NCBI GenBank assembly: GCA_963780185.1
Contig: CAWABA010000004.1
Location: 79,944-143,943, forward strand
Reading direction: 5' to 3'
DNA: 64,000 nt
From: Candidatus Bathyarchaeota archaeon
GTDB taxonomy: Archaea > Thermoproteota > Bathyarchaeia > Bathyarchaeales > Bathycorpusculaceae
Of this stretch, positions 1-9,211 are shown piece after piece. Below the pieces are notes generated by a model that saw only the letters and a list, made by a program, of their open reading frames with translations, had not been told where the DNA came from and made no database searches. A program made the position numbers and the translations under genes. Position 1 is the first letter of the stretch; each line of letters starts with the position of its first letter.

Positions 1-402
1 TCCGAACACGCCAACTTTGGTGCCTTGGTCGGGTTTGAGGTTGTTTAGGCAGTCTTTGACGGAAGCGGTTAATGAGCCTGCGTAGGTTGGTCCGCCTACG
101 ACTATTATTGCGTAGCCTGAGGTGTGTGATGCGGCTGAGCTTTTTATGCCTGCCAAAGTGACAGTATAGCCTTTTGCCTGCAAATCACTTGCAATTTTGT
201 CAGCGACGCCTTTTGCAGCTCCAGACAACCCAGGATCATAAAGAACCAGGGCTTTTCCCGTTGAAGCCCCCGTGGGAGTTAACGTTTTTGATCCAGTTGC
301 CGTGTAGGCAGCCAAATCCAAGAAGATTAATGCGCCAAAGGCGGCTACCAAAATAATTATGACAGCAAACACTGCCAAGATAATTTTGAATACTTTCCTC
401 AT
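1..402 (-). CDS. Membrane-anchored flavodoxin-like domain protein (3' end runs off the window)
   Basis: Not in the ORF track. My translation from ATG at 402 gives MRKVFKIILAVFAVIIILVAAFGALIFLD (TM), then KALVLYDPGLSGAAKGVADKIA...IIVVGGPTYAGSL, a flavodoxin-fold pattern. Open to position 1. Confidence 0.75.
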   Translation of the reverse strand, partial: MRKVFKIILAVFAVIIILVAAFGALIFLDLAAYTATGSKTLTPTGASTGKALVLYDPGLSGAAKGVADKIASDLQAKGYTVTLAGIKSSAASHTSGYAIIVVGGPTYAGSLTASVKDCLNNLKPDQGTKVGVFG

Positions 403-615
403 TTTAATGCCCGCTTGCCTATTCCCCATTGCGATATTTAAGAGTAATCCATTCTCAGTCGGACTTCGAGGAAAATTTTGTGGAAAAATTTGTGCACGAA
501 CATGTTTAGCCCTAAATTATCATGTGAGATTAACGACATTTGTCGAATCTAAATGTTTAAACTGACGCGAGAGTAGGGTAGATTGTACGGCGTTATTTGG
601 AGGTGAAAAAGAGAT

Positions 616-684
616 ATGATATTCGAAGAGGAAGATGAATGGGAAGAAGGCGAAGACGAAGAATGGGAAGAAGAAGAATGGTAA
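616..684 (+). CDS. Putative 22-aa hyper-acidic micropeptide MIFEEEDEWEEGEDEEWEEEEW
   Basis: GGAGGTGA SD at 599-606, ATG at 616, TAA at 682-684. TATA-like TTTAAA at about 556-561 and a T-rich tract at about 712-723. Confidence 0.6.
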   Translation: MIFEEEDEWEEGEDEEWEEEEW

Positions 685-800
685 ACAGATCGTTAAACTC
701 CAACTTTATTGTATTTTTCTTTTGAGCCAATTTTTGGTAGCGACTTGTTTTTGCTTGCGGGTGCCTCTGTTGCACGTAGTATGGGCATATTTGGATAAAG

Positions 801-842
801 TTTAAAGGCATATACCCCCAGTATATACGATGAGAGTATATG
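801..842 (+). promoter_or_regulatory. vapBC promoter with probable antitoxin operator
   Basis: TTTAAA at 801-806, followed by CATATAC (809-815), GTATATAC (821-828) and GTATATG (836-842), which form inverted half-sites over the start region. Confidence 0.5.
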
Positions 843-1097
843 CAAGAAACTTTAAACCCGCCTGCACCTTCAAGCAGCCAAACGGTAATTACAGTAAAAA
901 TACCCGCAAAAATGAAAAAAGAAATGAAGAAAGCGGGTATTAACTGGAGTGAATACATTCGGCAATGCATTCAAAAGAAAATCAATCAGCAGAAAATGAA
1001 AGAAGCATCCGATGAGCTCGATGAAATACGGAAAAGCACGAAGCCAACATCAACAGAAGAAATAGTAGCTTGGATTAGAGAAGACAGGGAGAGATAA
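840..1097 (+). CDS. vapB: VapB-type antitoxin (ribbon-helix-helix)
   Basis: VITVKIPAKMKKEM...INWSEYIRQCI RHH pattern and C-terminal IREDRER typical of archaeal VapB. Directly upstream of a PIN gene. Confidence 0.8.
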   Translation: MQETLNPPAPSSSQTVITVKIPAKMKKEMKKAGINWSEYIRQCIQKKINQQKMKEASDELDEIRKSTKPTSTEEIVAWIREDRER

Positions 1098-1115
1098 AGT
1101 TCAACGCTGCTTTAC

Positions 1116-1535
1116 GTGCTAGATGCTAGCGTCGCAGTTAAATGGGTATTATCAGGCGAACCTTTAGAAGAAAACGCCACTAAGCTCAAGGCCGACCTAA
1201 TGTCTGGAAATGCTGAACTATGTGCTCCTTCTTTCCTAATACAAGAAATAACAAATGCAATTTGGCGTGCTATTAAACTGAGAAGAATCACTCCTGAAAA
1301 AGCAGAAAGAGCCCTAATACGACTTGACGATTTAGCGATTACTTTTTATGATTTTAACTGGAAAGACGCCTGTGAAGAATTGGTTATAGCGACAGAGCTA
1401 GACTTGACAATTTACGATGCCGCATATATTTTCCTTTCCAGAAAACTAAATGCCAAACTAATTACGGCTGACGAAAAAATGTACCAAAAAGCAAAAAGCA
1501 CTTTTCACGTACTTCACCTTAAAGATTACCTGTAA
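1116..1535 (+). CDS. vapC: VapC PIN-domain ribonuclease toxin
   Basis: VLDASVAVKW, QEITNAI, TIYDAAY and LITADEK supply the PIN acidic tetrad. Exact start uncertain. Confidence 0.9.
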   Translation: MLDASVAVKWVLSGEPLEENATKLKADLMSGNAELCAPSFLIQEITNAIWRAIKLRRITPEKAERALIRLDDLAITFYDFNWKDACEELVIATELDLTIYDAAYIFLSRKLNAKLITADEKMYQKAKSTFHVLHLKDYL

Positions 1536-1597
1536 AGCCTTATTTCTGGTTTTTAAATTTATTACTTAGTTGTTACCTTGATAGTGAGAGTTTAGCC

Positions 1598-3403
1598 ATG
1601 ACGAGAATCGCTGTCCTCAACCAAGACAAATGCAAAGTCAAAAAATGCAACCAAGTCTGCGTAAGCTTCTGCCCAATGGTTCGCAGCAGAGTAGAAGCCA
1701 TAAGGATAGAAGGAAACAAAGCACTCATATCCGAGGCTCTTTGCAGCGGCTGCGGAATCTGCGTCAAAAAATGCCCCTTCAAAGCCATCAGCATCGTCAA
1801 CCTACCCGACGAGCTGGAGAAAGATTGCAGCCACCGCTTCAGCGAAAACAGCTTCAAACTTTTCCGTCTACCCATGCCTTCACCTGGCACAGTGCTGGGT
1901 TTACTTGGACAAAACGGCATCGGCAAAACTACGGCGCTTAAGGTTTTTGCAGGCGAAATCAAACCCAACTTCGGCAGGTTCATTGACCCGCCTGATTGGT
2001 CAGAGATTATTCAGCATTATCGGGGTTCCAGCCTTCAAGATTATTTTCAGAAAATGAGTGAGAAAAAGCTCAAGGTTAGCAGTAAACCGCAGTACGTTGA
2101 TAAAATTCCGAAGGCGGTCGCTGGGAAAGTCGGCGATTTGCTGGAAAAGGTTGATGAGAGAAAACAGTTAAACGCGATTGCCGAAGAGCTTGAGCTAACA
2201 AAGGTGTGGGATAGACCGTTAGATGTGCTTAGCGGCGGGGAACTTCAGCGTGTTGCGGTTGCCGCTGCGCTTAGCCGTGAGGCGGATGTTTACCTTTTTG
2301 ATGAGCCGTCAAGCTACTTGGATGTGAAGCAGAGGCTTGTGGTGGCGAGGGCGATACGCAGCCTCAAGGAGCAGCAGAAAACAATCGTTGTAGCTGAACA
2401 CGACTTAGCCATAATCGACTACCTCTCAGACCAAATCTGCCTCTTCTACGGTGAACCAGCCGTCTACGGAGTGGTTTCCCACACGCATGGCGTCCGAACA
2501 GGCATTAACATTTACTTGCAAGGTTACATCCCAGACGAAAACATAATGTTCCGTAAAGAAGCGATCGTTTTCCATGAGAAGCCGCCGACTGCAGGGTCAA
2601 ACGTTGGGGAACCCATCTTAAAATGGGACAACATGGAGAAATCCTTCAATGAATTCAAACTTTTCATAGAACCTGGCGAAATCAGAGTCGGCGAAATCGT
2701 TGGCATTCTAGGTCCAAACGGCATCGGAAAAACCACGTTTGTAAAGATTCTTGCTGGCGTTGAGGAAACGGATGACAAACGGAAGCTTGGCGAGTTAACG
2801 GTAAGCTACAAACCCCAGTATATAGCACCCGACTACGCAGGCTCGGTTCAAGAACTGCTGATGAGTGTTGCTAAAGAGAACTTTACGTCAAGCTGGTACA
2901 AAACCGAGGTTGCTCAGCCTCTGAGGCTTCAGGTTTTGATGGATAAGAACGTGATGGAGCTCAGCGGTGGAGAGCTGCAAAAAGTCGCCATCGCCGCCTG
3001 CCTCAGCCGCAAAGCTGACCTGTTTCTGCTTGACGAGCCAAGCGCCTACTTAGATGTTGAAGAACGCTTAAACATGGCTAAGACACTTCGGCGGGTTGTT
3101 GAAGCACACGGCATCCCAGCCTTCGTGGTTGAGCATGACGTTGTAACCCAGGACTTCATCGCCGACCGATTAATGGTCTTCAACGGTGAGCCTGGAATAA
3201 GCGGTACTGCTCATCCGCCCACAAGCCTGAGGAAAGGCATGAACACGTTTCTTAAAGAAATGGACATAACCTTCCGCAGAGACTCAATCACTTTCCGCCC
3301 CCGAGTAAACAAGGAAGATTCCCAGATGGATAAGTTCCAAAAAGGCATAGGCGAATACTACTACACCAAAACAACCAAACCCGAAGCCCCACCCAAAAAG
3401 TAG
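1598..3403 (+). CDS. rli: Ribosome recycling ATPase ABCE1/Rli1
   Basis: N-terminal two-[4Fe-4S] Cys motifs, two Walker A (GQNGIGKT, GPNGIGKT), two LSGGELQ signatures and the C-terminal RPRVNK. Confidence 0.97.
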   Translation: MTRIAVLNQDKCKVKKCNQVCVSFCPMVRSRVEAIRIEGNKALISEALCSGCGICVKKCPFKAISIVNLPDELEKDCSHRFSENSFKLFRLPMPSPGTVLGLLGQNGIGKTTALKVFAGEIKPNFGRFIDPPDWSEIIQHYRGSSLQDYFQKMSEKKLKVSSKPQYVDKIPKAVAGKVGDLLEKVDERKQLNAIAEELELTKVWDRPLDVLSGGELQRVAVAAALSREADVYLFDEPSSYLDVKQRLVVARAIRSLKEQQKTIVVAEHDLAIIDYLSDQICLFYGEPAVYGVVSHTHGVRTGINIYLQGYIPDENIMFRKEAIVFHEKPPTAGSNVGEPILKWDNMEKSFNEFKLFIEPGEIRVGEIVGILGPNGIGKTTFVKILAGVEETDDKRKLGELTVSYKPQYIAPDYAGSVQELLMSVAKENFTSSWYKTEVAQPLRLQVLMDKNVMELSGGELQKVAIAACLSRKADLFLLDEPSAYLDVEERLNMAKTLRRVVEAHGIPAFVVEHDVVTQDFIADRLMVFNGEPGISGTAHPPTSLRKGMNTFLKEMDITFRRDSITFRPRVNKEDSQMDKFQKGIGEYYYTKTTKPEAPPKK

Positions 3404-3633
3404 CCAACGCCCCAATTTACTCGCCAATTAAAGCCAAAGTCTTCCTAAAGCGGGTAACGCGTGAAATAGGGTTTATTTTACATTTTTAAGGCAAAAAGAA
3501 CCATTTCCCAGCAGCAGCGCCCTGTCAAAAGCAAAGGTTTTCTTCTCTGGGTGCAGTTAACTTAAAAAACAAGCAGCAAATATACTAAGCACTCTACAGG
3601 GAGATAACAGGGAAAAAGTGGGGTAAGCAGCAA

Positions 3634-5259
3634 GTGGCTCAAGCAACCTTCGAAGAGATTTCCGCCAGTGACTTTTTTTACAGAAACAGAGACATCGCTG
3701 GCTTCACCAACCCATCCAGAGCCATATTCGCAGCAATCCGAGAGCTAGTTGAAAACTCTTTAGATGCCGCGGAAAGCCAAAAAATCCCTCCTGAAATCTA
3801 TGTGCGCCTCTCCTTTGAGGGAGAAGCCAGCAAAGACACCCAAATTTACAAGCTGCGCGTGGAAGATAACGGCAGCGGAATCCAGCCTCGCTTTATACCG
3901 TCGGCTTTTGGGCAAGTGCTTTTCGGCAGCAAGTACAAGCTCAAGCAGATGCGTGGGACGTTCGGTTTAGGCGGCAAGATGGCTGTCCTCTACGGGCAAA
4001 TCACTACACACCAGCCAGCGTTCGTTACTTCCAGCACGGGTCAAGCGAAAATTTACAGCTTCAAGTTGATGATTGATATTCAAAGGAACCGCCCGATAAT
4101 TCTTGACCGCAAAGTCCTAATCAACAAGGATAACTGGCGTGGAACTATCGTTGAGTTCTCTTTGGAAGGCGACTACCTGAGGGCGATGCCTAAAATCCTC
4201 GATTACTTCAAACAAACAGCCATGGTCAACCCCTACGCCAACCTGACTTTTGTCGACCCCAAAGGAAGGCTATACAAGTTTACCCGCGCAACCACCGAGA
4301 TGCCGGAGCCCCCGAAAGAAACGTTGCCTCACCCCTACGGCGTAGACGTGGAGCTGTTGCAGCGTCTCATAACTATTACGCCTTACAATAACATGACTGA
4401 TTTCTTGACGGGACACTTTCACCGTGTCGGCGCCATTACAGCGCTTAAATTCTTGATCTTTAGCGATTTAATAACGTTCACATGCGCGGAGCATGGCAAA
4501 ATTCCAAGTGTCCAGATAAAATTGGTTGACAACAAACCCGTCTGCCCCACTTGCGGCAAGGAAACGACGTCAACCACAAAGAACCCCAAACGCCTATCCC
4601 ACGAAGAAATCGTGCGTCTAATGCAGAACCTCAAGAAATACAAGGAATTCCTGCCGCCTGACGCCAGCTGCCTTTCACCACTGGGCGAGGAGCTGCTGAA
4701 AGCAGGCGTTCAAAAAGAGCTAAACCCTGAGTACCTTGTCGTGGACCAACGCAAGCCATCCACTTATGCGGGTCACCCCTTCATTGTTGAAATGGCCATA
4801 GCCTACGGCGGCGGAGTGCCAAAGAGAGGCAGCTTCGTGATTTACCGTTTCGCAAACAAAATCCCCTTGTTGTACGATGAGGCAAGCGACGTTTCTTACC
4901 GTGTTATCTCAGCCATGAACTGGCGCCGCTACAAAGTCGCGCCGGATATGCCTATCGCCATCGTTATTCACATTTGCAGCACAAAAGTGCCCTACAAGAC
5001 GGTTGGAAAAGAATTCATCGCTGACCGCCCTGAAGTCCGTCGTGAAGAAGCAAACGCGATCCGCGAGGTTGCCCGTCAACTGCAACATTTCCTTTCACGT
5101 CAAGAGCACGTGCACATGGAGAAGAAGCGGCTGGGAATCTTCAGCAAATACCTGCCTAAAATCGCCCAGTTCTCAGCAACTTTAGCTGGGCAAGAACGTG
5201 TTCCTGACATAGATAAATTGTTAAAGAGTGTACAGAAGTATGGCGCAGAAGAAAGCTAA
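3634..5259 (+). CDS. top6B: DNA topoisomerase VI subunit B
   Basis: GHKL motifs ELVENSLDA, EDNGSGI, RGTFGLG; PHPYGVD; RFANKIPLLYD transducer. Confidence 0.97.
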   Translation: MAQATFEEISASDFFYRNRDIAGFTNPSRAIFAAIRELVENSLDAAESQKIPPEIYVRLSFEGEASKDTQIYKLRVEDNGSGIQPRFIPSAFGQVLFGSKYKLKQMRGTFGLGGKMAVLYGQITTHQPAFVTSSTGQAKIYSFKLMIDIQRNRPIILDRKVLINKDNWRGTIVEFSLEGDYLRAMPKILDYFKQTAMVNPYANLTFVDPKGRLYKFTRATTEMPEPPKETLPHPYGVDVELLQRLITITPYNNMTDFLTGHFHRVGAITALKFLIFSDLITFTCAEHGKIPSVQIKLVDNKPVCPTCGKETTSTTKNPKRLSHEEIVRLMQNLKKYKEFLPPDASCLSPLGEELLKAGVQKELNPEYLVVDQRKPSTYAGHPFIVEMAIAYGGGVPKRGSFVIYRFANKIPLLYDEASDVSYRVISAMNWRRYKVAPDMPIAIVIHICSTKVPYKTVGKEFIADRPEVRREEANAIREVARQLQHFLSRQEHVHMEKKRLGIFSKYLPKIAQFSATLAGQERVPDIDKLLKSVQKYGAEES

Positions 5260-6340
5260 GATTATTGAGAGAAGAAACGAAGTTCTTGCCGGTTTACAAA
5301 AGTTCGGTGCTAAAATGTACAGTCAGTTGGATCAAGGTGTTTTTCCAACCATTGACATGCCTAGCCGCGGAACCGACAACATCATGTATGATGCGGCTCT
5401 TCGTCAATACATCCTTGGCGAAAGAAACGTCAGTCGAAGCGCCCGAAACATACGCCACATTAAACCGTTCACTCAGCTGGCGTGGGCAGCCATGTTCAGC
5501 AACGAACTTACCAGCCAACGCAAAACCAGCACCCTAAGAGACGTCTACTACTCCGCGCAGGCTTACGAGATGACATTCACGGACCAGCAGGAATCCAACA
5601 ACATCATCACCGACCTGGAAACCTTAACTGGTTTTGCCCGAGAAGACTTTCATATTTTCCCTGAAGAACGCAGCGCCATCTTCGGCGACTTAGACATTGG
5701 CTACACAGTACCCGGCTACGAAGGAAAAACCCTGAATTTAACCAGCCACCCCGACGGCGTCTTGATTGGCCCCGCTTTGACTTCATCCGAACTGATCCAC
5801 ACGAGAGCCGACAAGGTAATCGCCATCGAAAAAGGCGCCCTTTTCACAAGATTCATCGAAGAAAACGTACACAACAAGCACCATGCTCTGTTGATTTCGT
5901 GCGGTGGACAAGCGCCAAGGCAAACCCGAAGCTTCATTCGGCGACTCCACGACGAACTTAACCTGCCAGTCTACATCCTAACCGACGGCGACCCATGGGG
6001 AATGCACATTGCACAAGTCATCATTTCAGGTTCAGCCAACGCTGCCCACTTAAGAGAGCTTAACACTCCTGACGCGGTTTGGAGCGGAGTTTGGGCAAGC
6101 GACATAGTTGAATACAAGCTGCCGACTGACCCGCTGGATGAAGTAGACATAAAACGCCTGTACGAGCTACAGAAAGACCCCAGATACCAGAATGACCCTC
6201 TTTGGCAGAGAGAAATCAAGCTTTTCCTAAAAATAAAGCGCAAGGCAGAGCAAGAGGCTTTCAGCCGCTACGGATTGACCTACATAGTTGACGAGTATTT
6301 ACCGACGAAGCTTGAAGCCAAAAGTGAAAAGAAAAAATAG
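5240..6340 (+). CDS. top6A: DNA topoisomerase VI subunit A
   Basis: TLRDVYY catalytic Tyr, IEK and TDGDPWG Toprim motifs, KAEQEA. Overlaps the top6B stop. Confidence 0.97.
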   Translation: MAQKKAKIIERRNEVLAGLQKFGAKMYSQLDQGVFPTIDMPSRGTDNIMYDAALRQYILGERNVSRSARNIRHIKPFTQLAWAAMFSNELTSQRKTSTLRDVYYSAQAYEMTFTDQQESNNIITDLETLTGFAREDFHIFPEERSAIFGDLDIGYTVPGYEGKTLNLTSHPDGVLIGPALTSSELIHTRADKVIAIEKGALFTRFIEENVHNKHHALLISCGGQAPRQTRSFIRRLHDELNLPVYILTDGDPWGMHIAQVIISGSANAAHLRELNTPDAVWSGVWASDIVEYKLPTDPLDEVDIKRLYELQKDPRYQNDPLWQREIKLFLKIKRKAEQEAFSRYGLTYIVDEYLPTKLEAKSEKKK

Positions 6341-6517
6341 GTAGGCAACTAAGAAACCCTCTTTTTTGGTTTTCGCCTTTCTATCGAGTTTACATCATTA
6401 GCGCTTCCATTAAGTCGCCTGTTGAGGGAGACGAAATGGGTGGGAAGAACAAATAATTTAAAATACCCCTCTTGTTTAATGTAGCCATTAACACGGAGAA
6501 GTAGGGCGCAAACAACT

Positions 6518-6721
6518 ATGAGTGAACAAGGCGACACATTCTGGGTATCGCTTGCCGAAAAATTCTTCGGCTTGATAGTAATAGTAATCGGCGGAGTACT
6601 GCTCTACTTGACAGCTACAAGCACCAGCCAACTTGGGCAGTTCAGCCTGTTTTTCGGGGTAATAAGCGCAATTTTGCTTGCCATCGGCTTGTTTATGCTG
6701 CTTGTTAGACCTTCAGAATAG
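6518..6721 (+). CDS. Small two-TM membrane protein
   Basis: 67 aa with two hydrophobic helices. AT-rich TATA-like region upstream. Confidence 0.7.
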   Translation: MSEQGDTFWVSLAEKFFGLIVIVIGGVLLYLTATSTSQLGQFSLFFGVISAILLAIGLFMLLVRPSE

Positions 6722-6864
6722 CATATTTCACCATTATTTCTTCAGTTAAAACTCCACGTGCGGGCAAATCTAAGCTTGACGGCTTTTGCTTCAGTTTCCA
6801 GCATTCATTTATAAACTATAAAAACATTAAACTCATGGATAATTTGTAACGGAAGCGAAAAACA

Positions 6865-8652
6865 ATGCCCACACGCCAACCCATTGTATGTGTCTTAGGA
6901 CACGTAGACGCAGGCAAAACCTCACTTCTTGACGAACTACGAAAAACCAGCGTGCAAGCCCGAGAAGCCGGAGGAATGACCCAGCACATCGGCGCAAGCT
7001 TCTTCCCCGTTGAAACACTCAAACAGCTCATCGGGCCGCTGCTGTCTAACTTCAAAAGTGGCATTGAGATTCCGGGGTTGCTGATTGTTGATACGCCTGG
7101 GCATGAAGCTTTCACGAATCTGAGGCGTAGAGGCGGAAGCGTAGCCGACATCGCCATCTTAGTTGTTGATGTTTTGCGGGGTTTTGAGGCGCAAACCTAC
7201 GAATGTATAGAAATCCTAAAGGCACGTAAAACACCGTTCCTCGTAGCCGTCAACAAGATTGACCGTGTTCCCGGTTGGAAGCCGCAGCAGTCGATGCCTT
7301 TTTTGCAGTCCTACGCGTCCCAATCGAGCTTTGTTCGTGAGGAATTGGATAACCGTCTGTACAATATTATGGGTTTGTTTAGTCGGCAAGGTTTCAAAAC
7401 CGACCGCTTTGACCACATCCGAGACTTCACAGTAAACGTGGCTTTGGTGCCGACCAGCGCCAAAACAGGCGAAGGCCTATCCGAGCTAGTTATGGTTCTG
7501 GTTGGGTTAAGCCAGCAGTTCCTTAAGAAACGGTTGCAGACCACTGAAGGCGCAGCTAAAGGCTCCGTTCTCGAAGTAAAAGAGGAACCAGGCTTAGGCT
7601 TAACGCTAAACACGATTATTTACGACGGCACCCTGCATAGAGATGACTTGATCGTTGTCGGCGGACGCAACGGACCGATTTCTGCTCGCGTACGGGCGAT
7701 TTTGGTGCCGAAACCACTGGATGAAATGAGGGATCCCCGAGACAAATTCACGCCAGTAGAATGCGTTTTTGCCAGCGCAGGAGTAAAAATTGTTGCACCC
7801 GATTTGGATGGAGCTTTGGCTGGTGCGCCCCTGTTTGCAGTGCCCACAGGCGAAGACCCTGCAAAGTACGCTAAACTTATCACTGAAGAAATAGGCAGAA
7901 TCCGAATTGCCAAAGAGATTGAAGGCGTCATCGTTAAAGCTGACACGCTGGGTTCATTGGAGGCAATGGCTGAGATTTTGAAGGCAAACAACGTGCAAGT
8001 GCGTATTGCCGACGTCGGCGACATCAGCAAACGTGACGTAATCGAAGCATCAGTAGTGAAGACCCGTGAGCCACTGGTGGGCGCAATCTTGGCTTTTGGC
8101 GTAAAAACCTTACCTGACGCCGCGGAAGAAGCAGCAGCTAACGGCGTCCCAATCTTCAACCAACCCATCATCTACAACCTCATAGACGCGTATCTGCAGT
8201 GGGCTAAAAACAAACGTGAAACGAAGAGTGAAGCTGAATTTGAAGCGTTGGTTAAGCCGGGCAAAGTTACGGTTTTGCCTAACTGCATTTTCCACAGGGC
8301 CAAACCATTGGTCGTGGGTGTGGAAGTGCTGGCTGGACGGTTAAAGCCGAAGTATGGGCTTATGCGCAAAGAAGACGGAAGCGACCTAGGCGAGGTTGAC
8401 CAGATTCAGGACCAAGGCAAAGCAGTAGCCGAAGCTAAGGTAGGAATGCAGGTGGCGATTTCAATGGACAAACCCATTGCAGGCAGGCACGTTTTCGAAA
8501 AAGACGTGTTATACGTGAAGGTGCCCGAGAAAGACGCACAGGCGCTGTTGACGACGCATGCCGATGATTTGACGGCTGACGAGCAAGAACTGCTCAAAGA
8601 ATACGTCAATTTGATGCGCAAAAAGATTCCCTTCTGGGCAGGCGTCATGTAA
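6865..8652 (+). CDS. infB: Translation initiation factor aIF5B (IF-2)
   Basis: GHVDAGKT, EAGGMTQHIGA, DTPGHEAF, NKID, KADTLGSLEA. No intein seen. Confidence 0.97.
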   Translation: MPTRQPIVCVLGHVDAGKTSLLDELRKTSVQAREAGGMTQHIGASFFPVETLKQLIGPLLSNFKSGIEIPGLLIVDTPGHEAFTNLRRRGGSVADIAILVVDVLRGFEAQTYECIEILKARKTPFLVAVNKIDRVPGWKPQQSMPFLQSYASQSSFVREELDNRLYNIMGLFSRQGFKTDRFDHIRDFTVNVALVPTSAKTGEGLSELVMVLVGLSQQFLKKRLQTTEGAAKGSVLEVKEEPGLGLTLNTIIYDGTLHRDDLIVVGGRNGPISARVRAILVPKPLDEMRDPRDKFTPVECVFASAGVKIVAPDLDGALAGAPLFAVPTGEDPAKYAKLITEEIGRIRIAKEIEGVIVKADTLGSLEAMAEILKANNVQVRIADVGDISKRDVIEASVVKTREPLVGAILAFGVKTLPDAAEEAAANGVPIFNQPIIYNLIDAYLQWAKNKRETKSEAEFEALVKPGKVTVLPNCIFHRAKPLVVGVEVLAGRLKPKYGLMRKEDGSDLGEVDQIQDQGKAVAEAKVGMQVAISMDKPIAGRHVFEKDVLYVKVPEKDAQALLTTHADDLTADEQELLKEYVNLMRKKIPFWAGVM

Positions 8653-8692
8653 AGGCGAACCGTTCTTGATTTAGCTTTGAAAAGGTATTCAG

Positions 8693-9211
8693 TTATTTTT
8701 TGAAGAATTTTTTGAGCACCAAGTCTAGATTGAAGAGGTAGTCTTCTTCTGGTCTAAGGTACGTTTGAACCAGCAACAAAGCCCGTTCTCTGATTTGGTC
8801 TTCTGAAACCTGTCCCTTGTTGATGCAGGTTTCTATGTCTTGCATATCTCTCGCGTTTAGTCTGCCAATTTTTGTTACGATTATGTCGAGCGGTTGAAGG
8901 GCTCTGAGCGATATGCGGCTAAAATCTTTTATTTTGATGCTCCGTTCCAAGTAATCGCTCGGTAGTGTCTGGCAGAAAATACGTCCATCTATCCATCGGT
9001 CGACTTTGTAGCCGGGTGGATTGTTTTTCAGAGCTAGCTCAAAGTATATCATGTCGCTGCTTGGAATTGTGAAGTCAATATCCAATGTAGAGGGCTTTAG
9101 GTCAAGCAGAGTCATTGCTGTCCCGCCTACAGCAACAAGAGTGATCTTCTTGGTCAGGTCCTCGTCTAACACGCTTAGAAAATCGAAGAGCGCAGTTTTG
9201 TCACAGGGCAT
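8693..9211 (-). CDS. Nucleotidyltransferase, DUF6036/AbiEii-like
   Basis: VAVGGTAM...STLDIDF (GG...DxD) and C-terminal TKIGRLNARDMQDI (K..R..D..D). Confidence 0.75.
   Translation of the reverse strand: MPCDKTALFDFLSVLDEDLTKKITLVAVGGTAMTLLDLKPSTLDIDFTIPSSDMIYFELALKNNPPGYKVDRWIDGRIFCQTLPSDYLERSIKIKDFSRISLRALQPLDIIVTKIGRLNARDMQDIETCINKGQVSEDQIRERALLLVQTYLRPEEDYLFNLDLVLKKFFKK

Noticed and set aside
469-494. Short tandem repeat GAAAATTTTGTG/GAAAAATTTGTG
   Set aside because: Only two imperfect AT-rich units; no further support.
593-970. 125-aa minus-strand ORF and other long antisense ORFs in the track (for example 23415-24392, 7620-8171)
   Set aside because: Shadows of well-supported genes on the opposite strand, with no recognisable motifs.
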